From assembly GCA_041487535.1 (NCBI GenBank), contig JBGPNM010000001.1:1-51972 (forward strand): a stretch of DNA of 51,972 nucleotides. Direction: 5' to 3'. The DNA comes from Candidatus Saccharimonadia bacterium (GTDB lineage: Bacteria; Patescibacteriota; Saccharimonadia; Saccharimonadales; UBA4665). Below are positions 34,374 to 42,801 of this stretch, piece after piece. The notes beneath the pieces were generated by a model that worked only from the letters and a program-made list of their open reading frames with translations, was not told the DNA's origin and did not search any database. Position 1 is the stretch's first letter; each line of letters starts with the position of its first letter. The translations under genes and the position numbers were made by a program.

Positions 34374-34700
34374 ATGGAAACAGACGATGCTGACGGCGGC
34401 TTTCGGGAACGAGTGGAGGCGGTTGTAGCACAAATTCCGCCGGGCCGCGTTATGACGTACGGTCAGTTGGCGGCGCTATGCGGCAATGCACGGGCGGCGC
34501 GGATTGTAGGCGGAATCGCTCATTTTGGCGATGCAAATCTGCCTTGGCAGCGAGTTGTCAATAAACGCGGCGGGCTTGCGCCTGGCTATCCGGGTGGCCG
34601 CCAGGGTCACAAAGTTGCGCTAGAAGCAGAAGGAGTCGAAGTGGACGACGAGTATAGCGTGGATGTTGGTAGGTTGCTGTGGTGGCCGATAGACATATAA
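34374..34700 (+). CDS. MGMT-family / alkyltransferase-like (ATL) DNA-binding protein
   Basis: IPPGRVMTYGQLAAL.G..RAAR.VG......LPWQRVV. The position of the catalytic PCHRV has PWQRV, with no Cys, as in ATL/YbaZ-type proteins. Confidence 0.75.
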   Translation: METDDADGGFRERVEAVVAQIPPGRVMTYGQLAALCGNARAARIVGGIAHFGDANLPWQRVVNKRGGLAPGYPGGRQGHKVALEAEGVEVDDEYSVDVGRLLWWPIDI

Positions 34701-35572
34701 CACCGCTGGTAGTTATTATCGGACAGACGGGCGCCGGCAAGAGCGCGCTCGCCATGGAGCTTGCGAAGCGGTTTGACGGGGAGATTATTACTGCCGATTC
34801 ACGTACAGTGTATAAAGGCATGGACATTGGCACGGCCAAGCCTAGCCTGGAGGACCAGCGAACGATCAAGCACTATTGCTTGGATGTCGTAGAGCCAGGA
34901 GAAAAATTTAGCGTTTACGATTTCAAACAGCTTGCTCTACAGTCAATCGATAAGATTGCCCGTAAAGGCAAATTGCCATTTCTAGTAGGCGGCACCGGTC
35001 TATACGTGGACGCGGTGCTCTATAATTTTTCGTTCCGGTCACCGCCCGATGCGGCGACACATGTGTCACTGGAACGTTTGTCCGTAGAACAACTTCAAGA
35101 TAAGATTGCTGCCGCTGGGCTGCCACTTCCGCAGAATGTTGCTAACCCTAGGCATTTACGCAGAATGCTAGAAAGCGGGCCTGCACCGGCGCAACCTAAA
35201 AAGCTGCGGGCAAATACGCTTGTACTTGGGCTTTGCACGACACGTAACGAATTGGAATCACGAATAAACATGCGTATTGAACAGATGGTCGCGGCAGGTC
35301 TAGTTGACGAAGTCGGTACGCTTATAAGTAAATATGGCGACGTTGAAGCGCTGCGGGCGCCTGGCTACAAAGCTTTTGCAGATTACCTTAACCAAGAATG
35401 TACTCTGGCCGAAGCCAAACGTAGCTTTGCGCATAACGATATGCAGCTCGCGAAGCGGCAGCTGACATGGTTTAAGCGCAATAAGAGTGTTCATTGGTTG
35501 TCTGCCCAAGATAAAGCAGCGGAGTCGGCGGACCTTTTGACGACATTCCTGAATAAGCAAGGTTCAGCTTAA
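34679..35572 (+). CDS. miaA: tRNA dimethylallyltransferase
   Basis: VVIIGQTGAGKSALAMELAK....IITADSRTVYKGMDIGTAKPS..E and ..QLAKRQLTWFKR. The start is uncertain (GTG 34679 overlaps the upstream gene). Confidence 0.9.
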   Translation: MVADRHITPLVVIIGQTGAGKSALAMELAKRFDGEIITADSRTVYKGMDIGTAKPSLEDQRTIKHYCLDVVEPGEKFSVYDFKQLALQSIDKIARKGKLPFLVGGTGLYVDAVLYNFSFRSPPDAATHVSLERLSVEQLQDKIAAAGLPLPQNVANPRHLRRMLESGPAPAQPKKLRANTLVLGLCTTRNELESRINMRIEQMVAAGLVDEVGTLISKYGDVEALRAPGYKAFADYLNQECTLAEAKRSFAHNDMQLAKRQLTWFKRNKSVHWLSAQDKAAESADLLTTFLNKQGSA

Positions 35573-35597
35573 GAGAACCATTTGCTACAATAAAGCC

Positions 35598-36185
35598 ATG
35601 ATTGAACAATTGCTTGGGTCAAAAACACGCGTGAAGCTGCTGCAGCTGTTCCTCAGTAACCCTAACCGGTCATTTTACGTGCGTGAGATTACGCGCAGAG
35701 TTGACGAGCAGATAAACTCCGTGCGGCGTGAGCTGTCCAACCTTCTTAACATTGGCATTATTGTCTCGGAAATGACGAACAACCGTTTGTACTACGAGGT
35801 AAATCAGACGTACGAATTTTATAAGCCGTTGCGCGCCATCTTCGGTTCAGATAGCGTTAAGGATAACAAAACAACGAGCCCGAGCAAGCAGAAAGATGAC
35901 TTTAAAGCCCTAGGAAACGTTGAACTGCTTATTTATACTGGCCAGTTTACGCGCGACGAGCACGCGGGGGTTGATGTCTTGATCGTTGGCAACACAAATG
36001 TAAATGCAGTCCAGAAATTTGTAACTGAGCTGGAAGCCAAGGAGGGCAAAGAGTTGCGTTATACAGTCATGAGCCTGACTGATTTCCAATACAGACGCCA
36101 GGTAAAAGACCGTTTTATCAGTGACGTTATGTCGGCTAAGAAGCAGGTGGTGATGGACAGGCAAGGATTATTAGATTACAAGTAA
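35598..36185 (+). CDS. Winged-helix (ArsR-like) transcriptional regulator with a C-terminal extension
   Basis: GSKTRVKLLQLFLSNPNRSFYVREITRRVDEQINSVRRELSNL is a wHTH pattern. Confidence 0.6.
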   Translation: MIEQLLGSKTRVKLLQLFLSNPNRSFYVREITRRVDEQINSVRRELSNLLNIGIIVSEMTNNRLYYEVNQTYEFYKPLRAIFGSDSVKDNKTTSPSKQKDDFKALGNVELLIYTGQFTRDEHAGVDVLIVGNTNVNAVQKFVTELEAKEGKELRYTVMSLTDFQYRRQVKDRFISDVMSAKKQVVMDRQGLLDYK

Positions 36186-36192
36186 GGAGAAC

Positions 36193-36822
36193 GTGATGGA
36201 TTTACAATACTTTGGCGGCAACTGCGTAGTAGTAGCCGGAAAGGGTATTCGTGTAGTGGTTGATGACACTTTGGCGGAACTCGGGCTAAAGTCTGTTGCT
36301 AAACAAGGGGATATTTTATTGTACACGGGTCGGCACAAGGCGCCCGTCGTTCAACCCCGGCTTGCCGTAGACGGTCCGGGTGAGTACGAAGTTTCCGGCG
36401 TGTCTGTGCTTGGTATCGCGGCCAGAGGCCACATGGATGAGCCCGGAACGCACGATGCCACCGTATACCGCGTTATCGCAGAGGACGCTACTTATCTGTT
36501 TGTGGGGCATATTTATCCCGAGTTGAACGACGAGCAACTGGAGGCGATCGGTATGGTAGATGTCATGTTTGTCCCTGTTGGCGGTAATGGCTATACTCTG
36601 GATGCCACCGGTGCTTTGCAGCTCATCAAAGCAATCGAGCCGAAATTGGTTATACCGACTCATTATGCAGACTCGTCCCTCCACTATCCCGTCGAGCAAC
36701 AGCCATTGGAGCAGGTCCTTAAGAACCTCGCCATGGAGCCCACCGAGACGATCTCGAAGTTGCGCTTTAAGCCCATTGAACAGAGCGCCACGACGCAGCT
36801 TGTTATCCTGACACGCAATTAG
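36193..36822 (+). CDS. MBL-fold metallo-hydrolase (UPF0173-like)
   Basis: This is a weak motif-level call with an overall beta-lactamase-fold pattern: ..DVMFVPVGGNGYTLDATGALQLIKAIEPKLVIPTHY. Confidence 0.55.
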   Translation: MMDLQYFGGNCVVVAGKGIRVVVDDTLAELGLKSVAKQGDILLYTGRHKAPVVQPRLAVDGPGEYEVSGVSVLGIAARGHMDEPGTHDATVYRVIAEDATYLFVGHIYPELNDEQLEAIGMVDVMFVPVGGNGYTLDATGALQLIKAIEPKLVIPTHYADSSLHYPVEQQPLEQVLKNLAMEPTETISKLRFKPIEQSATTQLVILTRN

Positions 36823-36825
36823 ATG

Positions 36826-36878
36826 CCTATTGTACAAAACCTTCGGAAAAGAAGCCGAAGGTTTTGTACGACAATAGG
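36826..36878. terminator. Long bidirectional hairpin between convergent MBL hydrolase and rpmB
   Basis: CCTATTGTACAAAACCTTCGG-aaaagaag-CCGAAGGTTTTGTACgaCAATAGG, about 23 bp with a 2-nt bulge. Confidence 0.7.
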
Positions 36879-36889
36879 TTTTGCAAAGG

Positions 36890-37087
36890 CTACTTAGCGT
36901 CCAGCAAACCCTTTTTCTTCATGGTGCGAATTGCTTGCGTGCTAAGCTGCAAGCGCACTTTTCGCCCGTTGACCACTACAGTTTTGGTCTGCAGGTTAGG
37001 CTTCCATACTTTCTTAGTGTGGCGCTGGGAGAAGCTAATATTGCTACCGTACTGCTTGCCTTTGCCGGTAAGATCACACGTTTGCAT
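36890..37087 (-). CDS. rpmB: 50S ribosomal protein L28
   Basis: MQTCDLTGKGKQYGSNISFSQRHTKKVWKPNLQ.K.V...G..VRL.LST.AIRT..K.G, 65 aa. Confidence 0.93.
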   Translation of the reverse strand: MQTCDLTGKGKQYGSNISFSQRHTKKVWKPNLQTKTVVVNGRKVRLQLSTQAIRTMKKKGLLDAK

Positions 37088-37189
37088 ACTGATCCTTCAT
37101 AAACTTTATGCTCTTAAGATCATATTGTAGCGATTTATATCTGATAAGTCAATTATGCGAGGAGAGAACTGGTATACTACAAGAACGGT

Positions 37190-37804
37190 ATGATTTTTGG
37201 ATTTTCACCAATCGAACTCCTAGTTCTTGTCGTCTCTATCTTGGTCGGTATGTCATTGCATGAAGCAATGCATGCATATGCCGGCCTTCGCCTGGGCGAC
37301 ACCACAGCGGCTGAAGAAGGAAGGGTCAGCTTAAACCCATTGAAGCACATTGATCCGGTCATGACCGTATTATTGCCGCTGATCAGTTTGGCTGTGTTCC
37401 ATGCGCCGATCTTGGCCGCTAAGCCGGTACCATTTAATCCGGAACGAGTGCGGTACGGCGAATTCGGCGCAGCCTTGATTGCGTTGGCTGGGCCGCTTAC
37501 GAACTTAGCGCTCGCAATTATTGCCGCCGTTGCTATACGGGTGCTCGGGAACAACCAATTTGCGAGTTACGCCCTGGCTAGTTTTATCAGCGTGAATGTC
37601 TCACTGTTCGTGTTCAATCTGGTTCCGATTCCGCCGCTGGACGGATCGCGGGTGCTATATGCCTTTGCACCGGAAGCCGTCCAACGGTTTATGCGATCGA
37701 TAGAACCATATGGCCTAATGCTTGTTTTGATCTTAGTATTTGCTGGCGGTTTAAGTGGTATCCTTACTAGCATAATCAATTCCGTATTGCGGGTGCTGGT
37801 TTAG
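37190..37804 (+). CDS. Site-2 protease family (M50) membrane metalloprotease
   Basis: HEAMHAY (HExxH) in TM1 and NLVPIPPLDGSRVL (the NxxPxxxLDG motif). Confidence 0.85.
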   Translation: MIFGFSPIELLVLVVSILVGMSLHEAMHAYAGLRLGDTTAAEEGRVSLNPLKHIDPVMTVLLPLISLAVFHAPILAAKPVPFNPERVRYGEFGAALIALAGPLTNLALAIIAAVAIRVLGNNQFASYALASFISVNVSLFVFNLVPIPPLDGSRVLYAFAPEAVQRFMRSIEPYGLMLVLILVFAGGLSGILTSIINSVLRVLV

Positions 37805-38174
37805 ACGGGCAAGAGCGACCACTGACGGGGATGGAAGTGGCAGACCTCTAGCCTTTGGCATTCTAGGCGAGCAGTGGGACGTTAGGGTATAATGAAATTG
37901 TGGCCGGGAAGGTTGCGCAAATGATTACCTGAATATGTAATCATAGGGGGCTCAATATTCGTAAAGGCTGTGGCTTTTACATGCGAGCACCGACCTGTCT
38001 TATAGCAGGTTAATCATGGCAACTCCGGCCCTTTAGAACTGCTCTTGGCTGTTACGGAAAAGAGCAGCCGGAGCGCGGATTTACTTCGCGTACCGCGCGG
38101 GTGGGAAAAACCGGGGTCCCCGCAAAACCTGTTTTGTGGGGTGATAGTACCGAAGGTTTGTCCCATTACTCACT

Positions 38175-38251
38175 CGGGGTGTAGCGCAGTTGGCTAGCGC
38201 GTACGGCTGGGGGCCGTGAGGTCGCAGGTTCAAGTCCTGTCACCCCGACCA
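38175..38251 (+). tRNA. tRNA-Pro (anticodon GGG)
   Basis: The acceptor is CGGGGTG/CACCCCG, the anticodon arm is TACGG-CTGGGGG-CCGTG (U33, GGG, G37), and the T-arm is GCAGG-TTCAAGT-CCTGT. CCA is encoded. Confidence 0.88.
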
Positions 38252-38264
38252 TATCTAACAATGT

Positions 38265-39068
38265 ATGAAAACGCTTAAACTAGATCACGACCTTGCTGAA
38301 CTTGTTGTGCGTGGCGAGAAGACCAGCACTTGGCGACTATTCGATGATAAAGACTTAACGGTAGGTGACGAAGTCCAGCTTATTGATAAAGTCGGCCCAG
38401 ACAATCGTGATACGTGGAAGCTGATCGGTACTGCTACGATCAATGAGATAGTACAGAAGCGTCTGGGTGATCTTGGTGAGGCTGACATGGGCGGGCATGA
38501 GAAATTCCGCTCGCGGGAAGAGATGCTTGCAACCTATCAACGGTATTACGGTGTTGGTGTGTCTTTGCAGACGCCAGTTAAAATTATCCGCTTTGCCTTT
38601 ACGCCTAGAATCGCCGGTAGCGAGGATACCGAAATACTTCCTCGTAGTGATACGGTTATCGTCTACGCTGATGGCGGATCGCGTGGTAACCCAGGGCCAT
38701 CGGCGAGCGGCTACGCCTTGTATGACGATCATGGCACTCTATTAATCAGTCGCGGCAGCTATCTGGGCATAACGACAAATAACCAGGCTGAGTATACAGC
38801 ACTCAAGCTAGCGCTTGAAGAAGCAAAGGTCTTGGGTGCACGTAAAGTGGATGCCTATATGGATAGTATGCTTGTAATCAATCAAATGAGAGGCATATTC
38901 AAGGTAAAAAACCGGGATCTATGGCCCATCCATGACGCAGTCAAGGAATTGTGCAAGCAATTTGAGCGCGTAACGTTTACACAGGTGCCGCGTGAATTGA
39001 ATAAATTGGCTGACGCTGCGGTCAACGAGGCGCTCGACAAGCACCAGGCCGACACTCGGGTTCGCTAG
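38265..39068 (+). CDS. ASCH-domain / RNase HI fusion protein
   Basis: The N-terminus ..LAELVVRGEKTSTWRLFDD.. is ASCH-like. The C-terminus has VIVYADGGSRGNPGPSASG, NNQAEYTALKLALEEA, DSMLVINQM and NKLADAAVNEA, which carry the RNase H DEDD residues. Confidence 0.75.
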   Translation: MKTLKLDHDLAELVVRGEKTSTWRLFDDKDLTVGDEVQLIDKVGPDNRDTWKLIGTATINEIVQKRLGDLGEADMGGHEKFRSREEMLATYQRYYGVGVSLQTPVKIIRFAFTPRIAGSEDTEILPRSDTVIVYADGGSRGNPGPSASGYALYDDHGTLLISRGSYLGITTNNQAEYTALKLALEEAKVLGARKVDAYMDSMLVINQMRGIFKVKNRDLWPIHDAVKELCKQFERVTFTQVPRELNKLADAAVNEALDKHQADTRVR

Positions 39069-39111
39069 ATAGGCAACCAACGGCGGGGCTTTGGCGTTTT
39101 ATAAGCAAGAG

Positions 39112-39120
39112 TGGTATAAT
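39112..39120 (+). promoter_or_regulatory. Extended -10 promoter element of rnpB
   Basis: TGGTATAAT ends 8 nt before the first nucleotide of the P1 helix of RNase P RNA. Confidence 0.5.
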
Positions 39121-39128
39121 CTGCGTGT

Positions 39129-39494
39129 AGCCAGATTATCGGCTAGCCACGTGCTTTATGCACGAGGAAAGTCCGGGCAGCACAAGGGAAGGGCAGTTGC
39201 TAACGGCAACCAGAGGAAACTCTAGGGAAAGTGCCACAGAAACGAAACCGCCTTGTCGCTTAGACAAGGTAAGGGTGAAACGAGCGGGGTAAGCGCCCGC
39301 AGCTGACAATGGTGACATTGTTAGGAGGTAAACCCTGTCCGCTGCAAGGAGACCATCACCGCGATTCGTTCGTTGGCTTCCCGCCAGATGGTCGTATCAA
39401 ACCGCTTGATCATAGTGGCAACACTATGACTAGATAGATGGCTGGCACGGAGCCTTTAAAGCTTCGACAGAACCCGGCTTATAGGTAGTCTGGT
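39129..39494 (+). ncRNA. rnpB: RNase P RNA, bacterial type A
   Basis: Conserved blocks GAGGAAAGTCCGGGC, GTGCCACAGAAA, GGTAAGGGTGAAA and ACAGAACCCGGCTTAT. P1 pairs CCAGATTATC with GGTAGTCTGG. Confidence 0.95.
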
Positions 39495-39497
39495 AAT

Positions 39498-39526
39498 AAA
39501 AAAGCTCCCAAGTTGGGAGCTTTTTG
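39498..39526. terminator. Bidirectional terminator shared by rnpB (+) and rplT (-)
   Basis: AAAAAGCTCCCA-agt-TGGGAGCTTTTT, with A/T tracts on both sides. Confidence 0.8.
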
Positions 39527-39550
39527 CTAACCTTCCGATATGAGCAGTAT

Positions 39551-39895
39551 CTATTTTTGCACAGCCTTTGCAACGGCACCGAAGGCCTCCGGCTCGTTGA
39601 CGGCAAGTTCACTCAATATCTTACGATCCAAAGAGATGTTGGCGGCTTTTAGTCCAGCCATAAACTTACTGTACGTCAGTCCGTGCAGCCTTGCAGCAGC
39701 GTTGATGCGGGCATTCCACAACTCACGGAAGGTACGCTTGCGATTACGCCGATCTCGATATGCAAATTGCAGCGACCGAGTCAGTGCTTGGCGCCCGCGT
39801 TTTATACTTACCCGGTTCGGGTGGGTCATGCCCTTTGTTGCGGCCCTGATTTTCTGGTGCCTTTTATGGCCAGCGACGCCTCGCTTAACACGCAT
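39551..39895 (-). CDS. rplT: 50S ribosomal protein L20
   Basis: MRVKRGVAGHKRHQKI....KG......FAYRDRRNRKR.FR.LW.ARINAA.R..G..YS.F..GL. Confidence 0.96.
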   Translation of the reverse strand: MRVKRGVAGHKRHQKIRAATKGMTHPNRVSIKRGRQALTRSLQFAYRDRRNRKRTFRELWNARINAAARLHGLTYSKFMAGLKAANISLDRKILSELAVNEPEAFGAVAKAVQK

Positions 39896-39897
39896 TC

Positions 39898-40092
39898 TTA
39901 GACTCCTAACTGCTTCTTAATGATCTTTGCACTTGTTCTGGATAGAGTTCCGAGGCCGCTTAAGCTGCGCTTTCGTGCGGCACTTTTCTTTTGCAAGAAG
40001 TGGCTCATGTTCGGATGGCCGACTCTGAGCTTACCGTTCTTAGAGATTCTAACGCGGTCCTTGGCACCGCTATGGGTTTTAAGTTTTGGCAT
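39898..40092 (-). CDS. rpmI: 50S ribosomal protein L35
   Basis: MPKLKTHSGAKDRVRISKNGKL..GH....H.L.KKS...KR.L, 64 aa. The start is set at the internal Met of the 94-aa track ORF. Confidence 0.9.
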   Translation of the reverse strand: MPKLKTHSGAKDRVRISKNGKLRVGHPNMSHFLQKKSAARKRSLSGLGTLSRTSAKIIKKQLGV

Positions 40093-40141
40093 ACTACTTT
40101 CTCCTACTGCTTGGGTTAGACTTATTCTATCTTGGGGTTTA

Positions 40142-40669
40142 CTACTGCGTGCGATGTGCTGATGGATTGCTCCGTACGACAAGATTCAGTTGCTTGCCCG
40201 CGAACTGCGGCGATTGATCGATAACAATTTTGTCACCGAGTTCGTTGGTGACTTTATCTGCCAGCTTGAATCCTAAATCTTTGTGAGCGAGTTCGCGTCC
40301 TCGGTAAACAATCGTTAGCTTTACCTTGTGGCCCGCTTCCAGAAAGCCAGATACCTTGCCGAGTTTGACACTAAGGTCGTGTTCGCCGATTTTTAGCCCG
40401 AAGCGCATTTGCTTCATTTCGGGCGAGCGAGCATTCTTTCTGTTGCGCTGCAGCTGTTTTGTCCGCTGGTAGTTATATTTACCCCAGTCGACTATCTTAG
40501 CAACTGGTGGCTTGGCGTCGGGTGAAATTTCTACAAGGTCTAGTTCACGTTCTTCGGCAAGACGTAAGGCTTCGTATTTGGAAATAACGCCTAGTTGTTT
40601 GCCGTCTTCATCGATCACCCTGAGCTCTGTAGCCTGAATTGCCCCATTCAGACGAGTCGCTTTACTAAT
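40142..40669 (-). CDS. infC: Translation initiation factor IF-3, with an ATT start codon
   Basis: The track ORF starts at GTG 40618 (MIDEDGKQLGV..). The in-frame upstream sequence encodes ISKATRLNGAIQATELRV, the IF-3 N-terminus. It begins at ATT 40669, 5 nt after AAGGAG (40680-40675). Confidence 0.85.
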   Translation of the reverse strand: MSKATRLNGAIQATELRVIDEDGKQLGVISKYEALRLAEERELDLVEISPDAKPPVAKIVDWGKYNYQRTKQLQRNRKNARSPEMKQMRFGLKIGEHDLSVKLGKVSGFLEAGHKVKLTIVYRGRELAHKDLGFKLADKVTNELGDKIVIDQSPQFAGKQLNLVVRSNPSAHRTQ

Positions 40670-40745
40670 ATAGTCTCCTTTATTGCCGTTACTGCTTGCA
40701 TGCCTACAAGAATAACAGATATCTTAACAGGGGTCAATCCCTGTA

Positions 40746-42278
40746 CTACAGGTTGGGTGAGTTACCTTGGTGGCGGTATTGCAGGGCTTCAGCAATATGA
40801 GCCGGACGTATGGACGTGCTAGCTTCCAGGTCGGCTATGGTTCTGGCTACTTTGACGGTTTTCATATAGGCACGTGCAGATAGCGCCAGCCGGCCGGCTG
40901 CTTGGTCCACGAGTTCTTTGGCCTTTCCCTCGATGAACGCAAATCGCTGGATGTCTTTATTAGTCATTGTTGCATTTGTTCTGCCGCTTGTCTTAAAACG
41001 CAGGAGCTGGAGTTCGCGTGCAGCAGCGATACGCTGGCGAATACGTTGGTCCGCAGCCGCATTACTCGGATGATCAAGTAGGCTTGCGTGATCTATGTCT
41101 TGGACGGAACTATGCAAATCTATGCGGTCTAGTATGGGGCCAGAAATCCGCTGTTGGTAACGTACGATCTGGCTCGGCAGGCAACTGCAGGGTTTTGACG
41201 ATCCATAGAAGCCGCATGGACAAGGGTTTGCTGTGGCTACTAATATGATATTGGCTGGGTATTCAACAGTCTCTTTTGCCCGCGCTACTGTTATAGTGCG
41301 ATCTTCGAGCGGCTGGCGCAGAGCCTCGAGCGTCATGCGATTAAACTCCGGCATTTCGTCGAGGAACAGCACACCATGGTGGGCAAGGCTGATTTCCCCT
41401 GGCCGTAGATTGTGGCCGCCTCCCACAATTGCCACCAGGCTGGAGCTGTGATGAGGGGCCCTGAATGGGCGGTGCATGGTAGGCGTTTCGTAATTATTTG
41501 TTGCCAAGCTGTGTAGGTGAGTAACTTCCAGGATTTCTTCATGGCTTAGTGCAGGTAAAAGAGACGGCAGAACTTTGGCCAACATGCTTTTGCCGGTTCC
41601 GGGCGGTCCGCTTAAAAAGACATTGTGACCGCCAGCTGCGGCAATCTCCAATGCACGCTTCGCAAAATCTTGACCGACGACTTCACTGAGGCTGGGGAAG
41701 TCACTGCCGTGTAGAGCAGTGGTCTCTAATGAGAGTATGCCTTCCTGTGTCTGTTGTAACTCAAGACCCTGACCTGTGGTTAAGTAAATATAGAGCTGCC
41801 GTAAGTCCTGCACCGGCAGTAGTGTTATGTTCGGAACAAGCTGAGCTTGGGCCAGGTTTGTCTGTGGTATGACGAATTTACTGAGCCCCAGTTTCCGCCC
41901 AGCTAGAAGCTTACCCACTATGCCGCGCGCAGGACGAACACTGCCATTCAATCCAAGCTCGCCTATTACGGCTAGGTCATGGAGGCAGTCACTAGAAATT
42001 TGGCCGCTGCACTGCAGTATGGCCATCGCAATGGCAAGATCAAAACTACTGTCAGTTTTTGGCACGTCAGCCGGCGCTAAGTTAATGGTAATGCGTTTTC
42101 TGGGTAGAATAAGCGAACTGCTGGTGAACGCTCCGCGAACCCGTTCTTTTGCTTCGTCAACTGACTTGCTGGCGGAGCCGACAATGATTATAGACGGTAA
42201 GCTGTTTGAAATATGGCATTCAATTTCTACGAATATGCCCCGATTCCCGAACTCGACAATACTTCGTATGGCGGCCAT
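40746..42278 (-). CDS. comM: Mg-chelatase-like AAA+ protein ComM/YifB
   Basis: N-terminal Lon-protease-like domain, GPPGTGKSMLAK, GVLFLDEMPEF and a C-terminal Mg-chelatase subunit ChlI-like region. 510 aa. Confidence 0.9.
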   Translation of the reverse strand: MAAIRSIVEFGNRGIFVEIECHISNSLPSIIIVGSASKSVDEAKERVRGAFTSSSLILPRKRITINLAPADVPKTDSSFDLAIAMAILQCSGQISSDCLHDLAVIGELGLNGSVRPARGIVGKLLAGRKLGLSKFVIPQTNLAQAQLVPNITLLPVQDLRQLYIYLTTGQGLELQQTQEGILSLETTALHGSDFPSLSEVVGQDFAKRALEIAAAGGHNVFLSGPPGTGKSMLAKVLPSLLPALSHEEILEVTHLHSLATNNYETPTMHRPFRAPHHSSSLVAIVGGGHNLRPGEISLAHHGVLFLDEMPEFNRMTLEALRQPLEDRTITVARAKETVEYPANIILVATANPCPCGFYGSSKPCSCLPSQIVRYQQRISGPILDRIDLHSSVQDIDHASLLDHPSNAAADQRIRQRIAAARELQLLRFKTSGRTNATMTNKDIQRFAFIEGKAKELVDQAAGRLALSARAYMKTVKVARTIADLEASTSIRPAHIAEALQYRHQGNSPNL

Positions 42279-42801
42279 GGGGCGTATTGTAGAGGGTGGT
42301 CTAAAGAAGTCAATTGCTTGTGCTTTTAAACCTTCTCATAAAAAAGAAACAACGGCCTGCGAGTAGCCGTTGTTCTGTTTGGTTCGTTTTTTGTTTTTGA
42401 GCACTTTTTTTATTCAAGTGCTATCCTTATCTTATTAAAATACGCTCTCGGATGTCAACAGCTTTTTGATTAATAAATATACATCCTGTGCATAACTTTT
42501 GTATAAGACCTGTGCATATGCGCCTCTAGCCGAGCCAGTATCACAACAAGGATTTGTACGTGTTGACGGAAGGTCGATAGTGTACTAGGATACTAAAGGT
42601 AAGGCCAAAACAAAAAAGTACTTACATCGGTTTTACCGTTAGCGCTCTTTGCTAGCTAAAAAGAATCTCGGCTAACAAGAGCGGTCAGTCAAGCTCGGGC
42701 GATAAGCGCTAATATATTTACTATAATAGGAGCGGATTTATCGCCCGGGCACTAAAAGTAGTTTACGCCGCCACTGCTAAAATGTAGGCGGCTTTTACTG
42801 T

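Noticed and set aside
38039-38075. Resemblance of GCTGTTACGGAAAAGAGCAGCC to the SRP RNA domain IV sequence (GCUGUUUACC...GGAAGGAAGCAGCC).
   Set aside because: The conserved 5' strand (CAGGUCAGGUCC) and the GGAA tetraloop context are missing. The local sequence folds as a plain 8-bp hairpin instead, so it is not SRP RNA.
39136-39612. ORFs 39136-39318 (-) and 39430-39612 (-).
   Set aside because: They lie inside or across the RNase P RNA gene and its terminator, so the RNA assignment explains the region.
42485-42519. Possible oriC. Two DnaA-box-like sequences (TGTGCATAA at 42487-42495 and TGTGCATAT at 42511-42519, within a direct repeat CCTGTGCATA) lie in an AT-rich region where gene orientation diverges.
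   Set aside because: There are only two imperfect boxes. No dnaA or dnaN is nearby, and I cannot compute GC skew. The evidence is insufficient to call an origin. It could be revisited with a whole-genome cumulative GC-skew plot and a DnaA-box scan.
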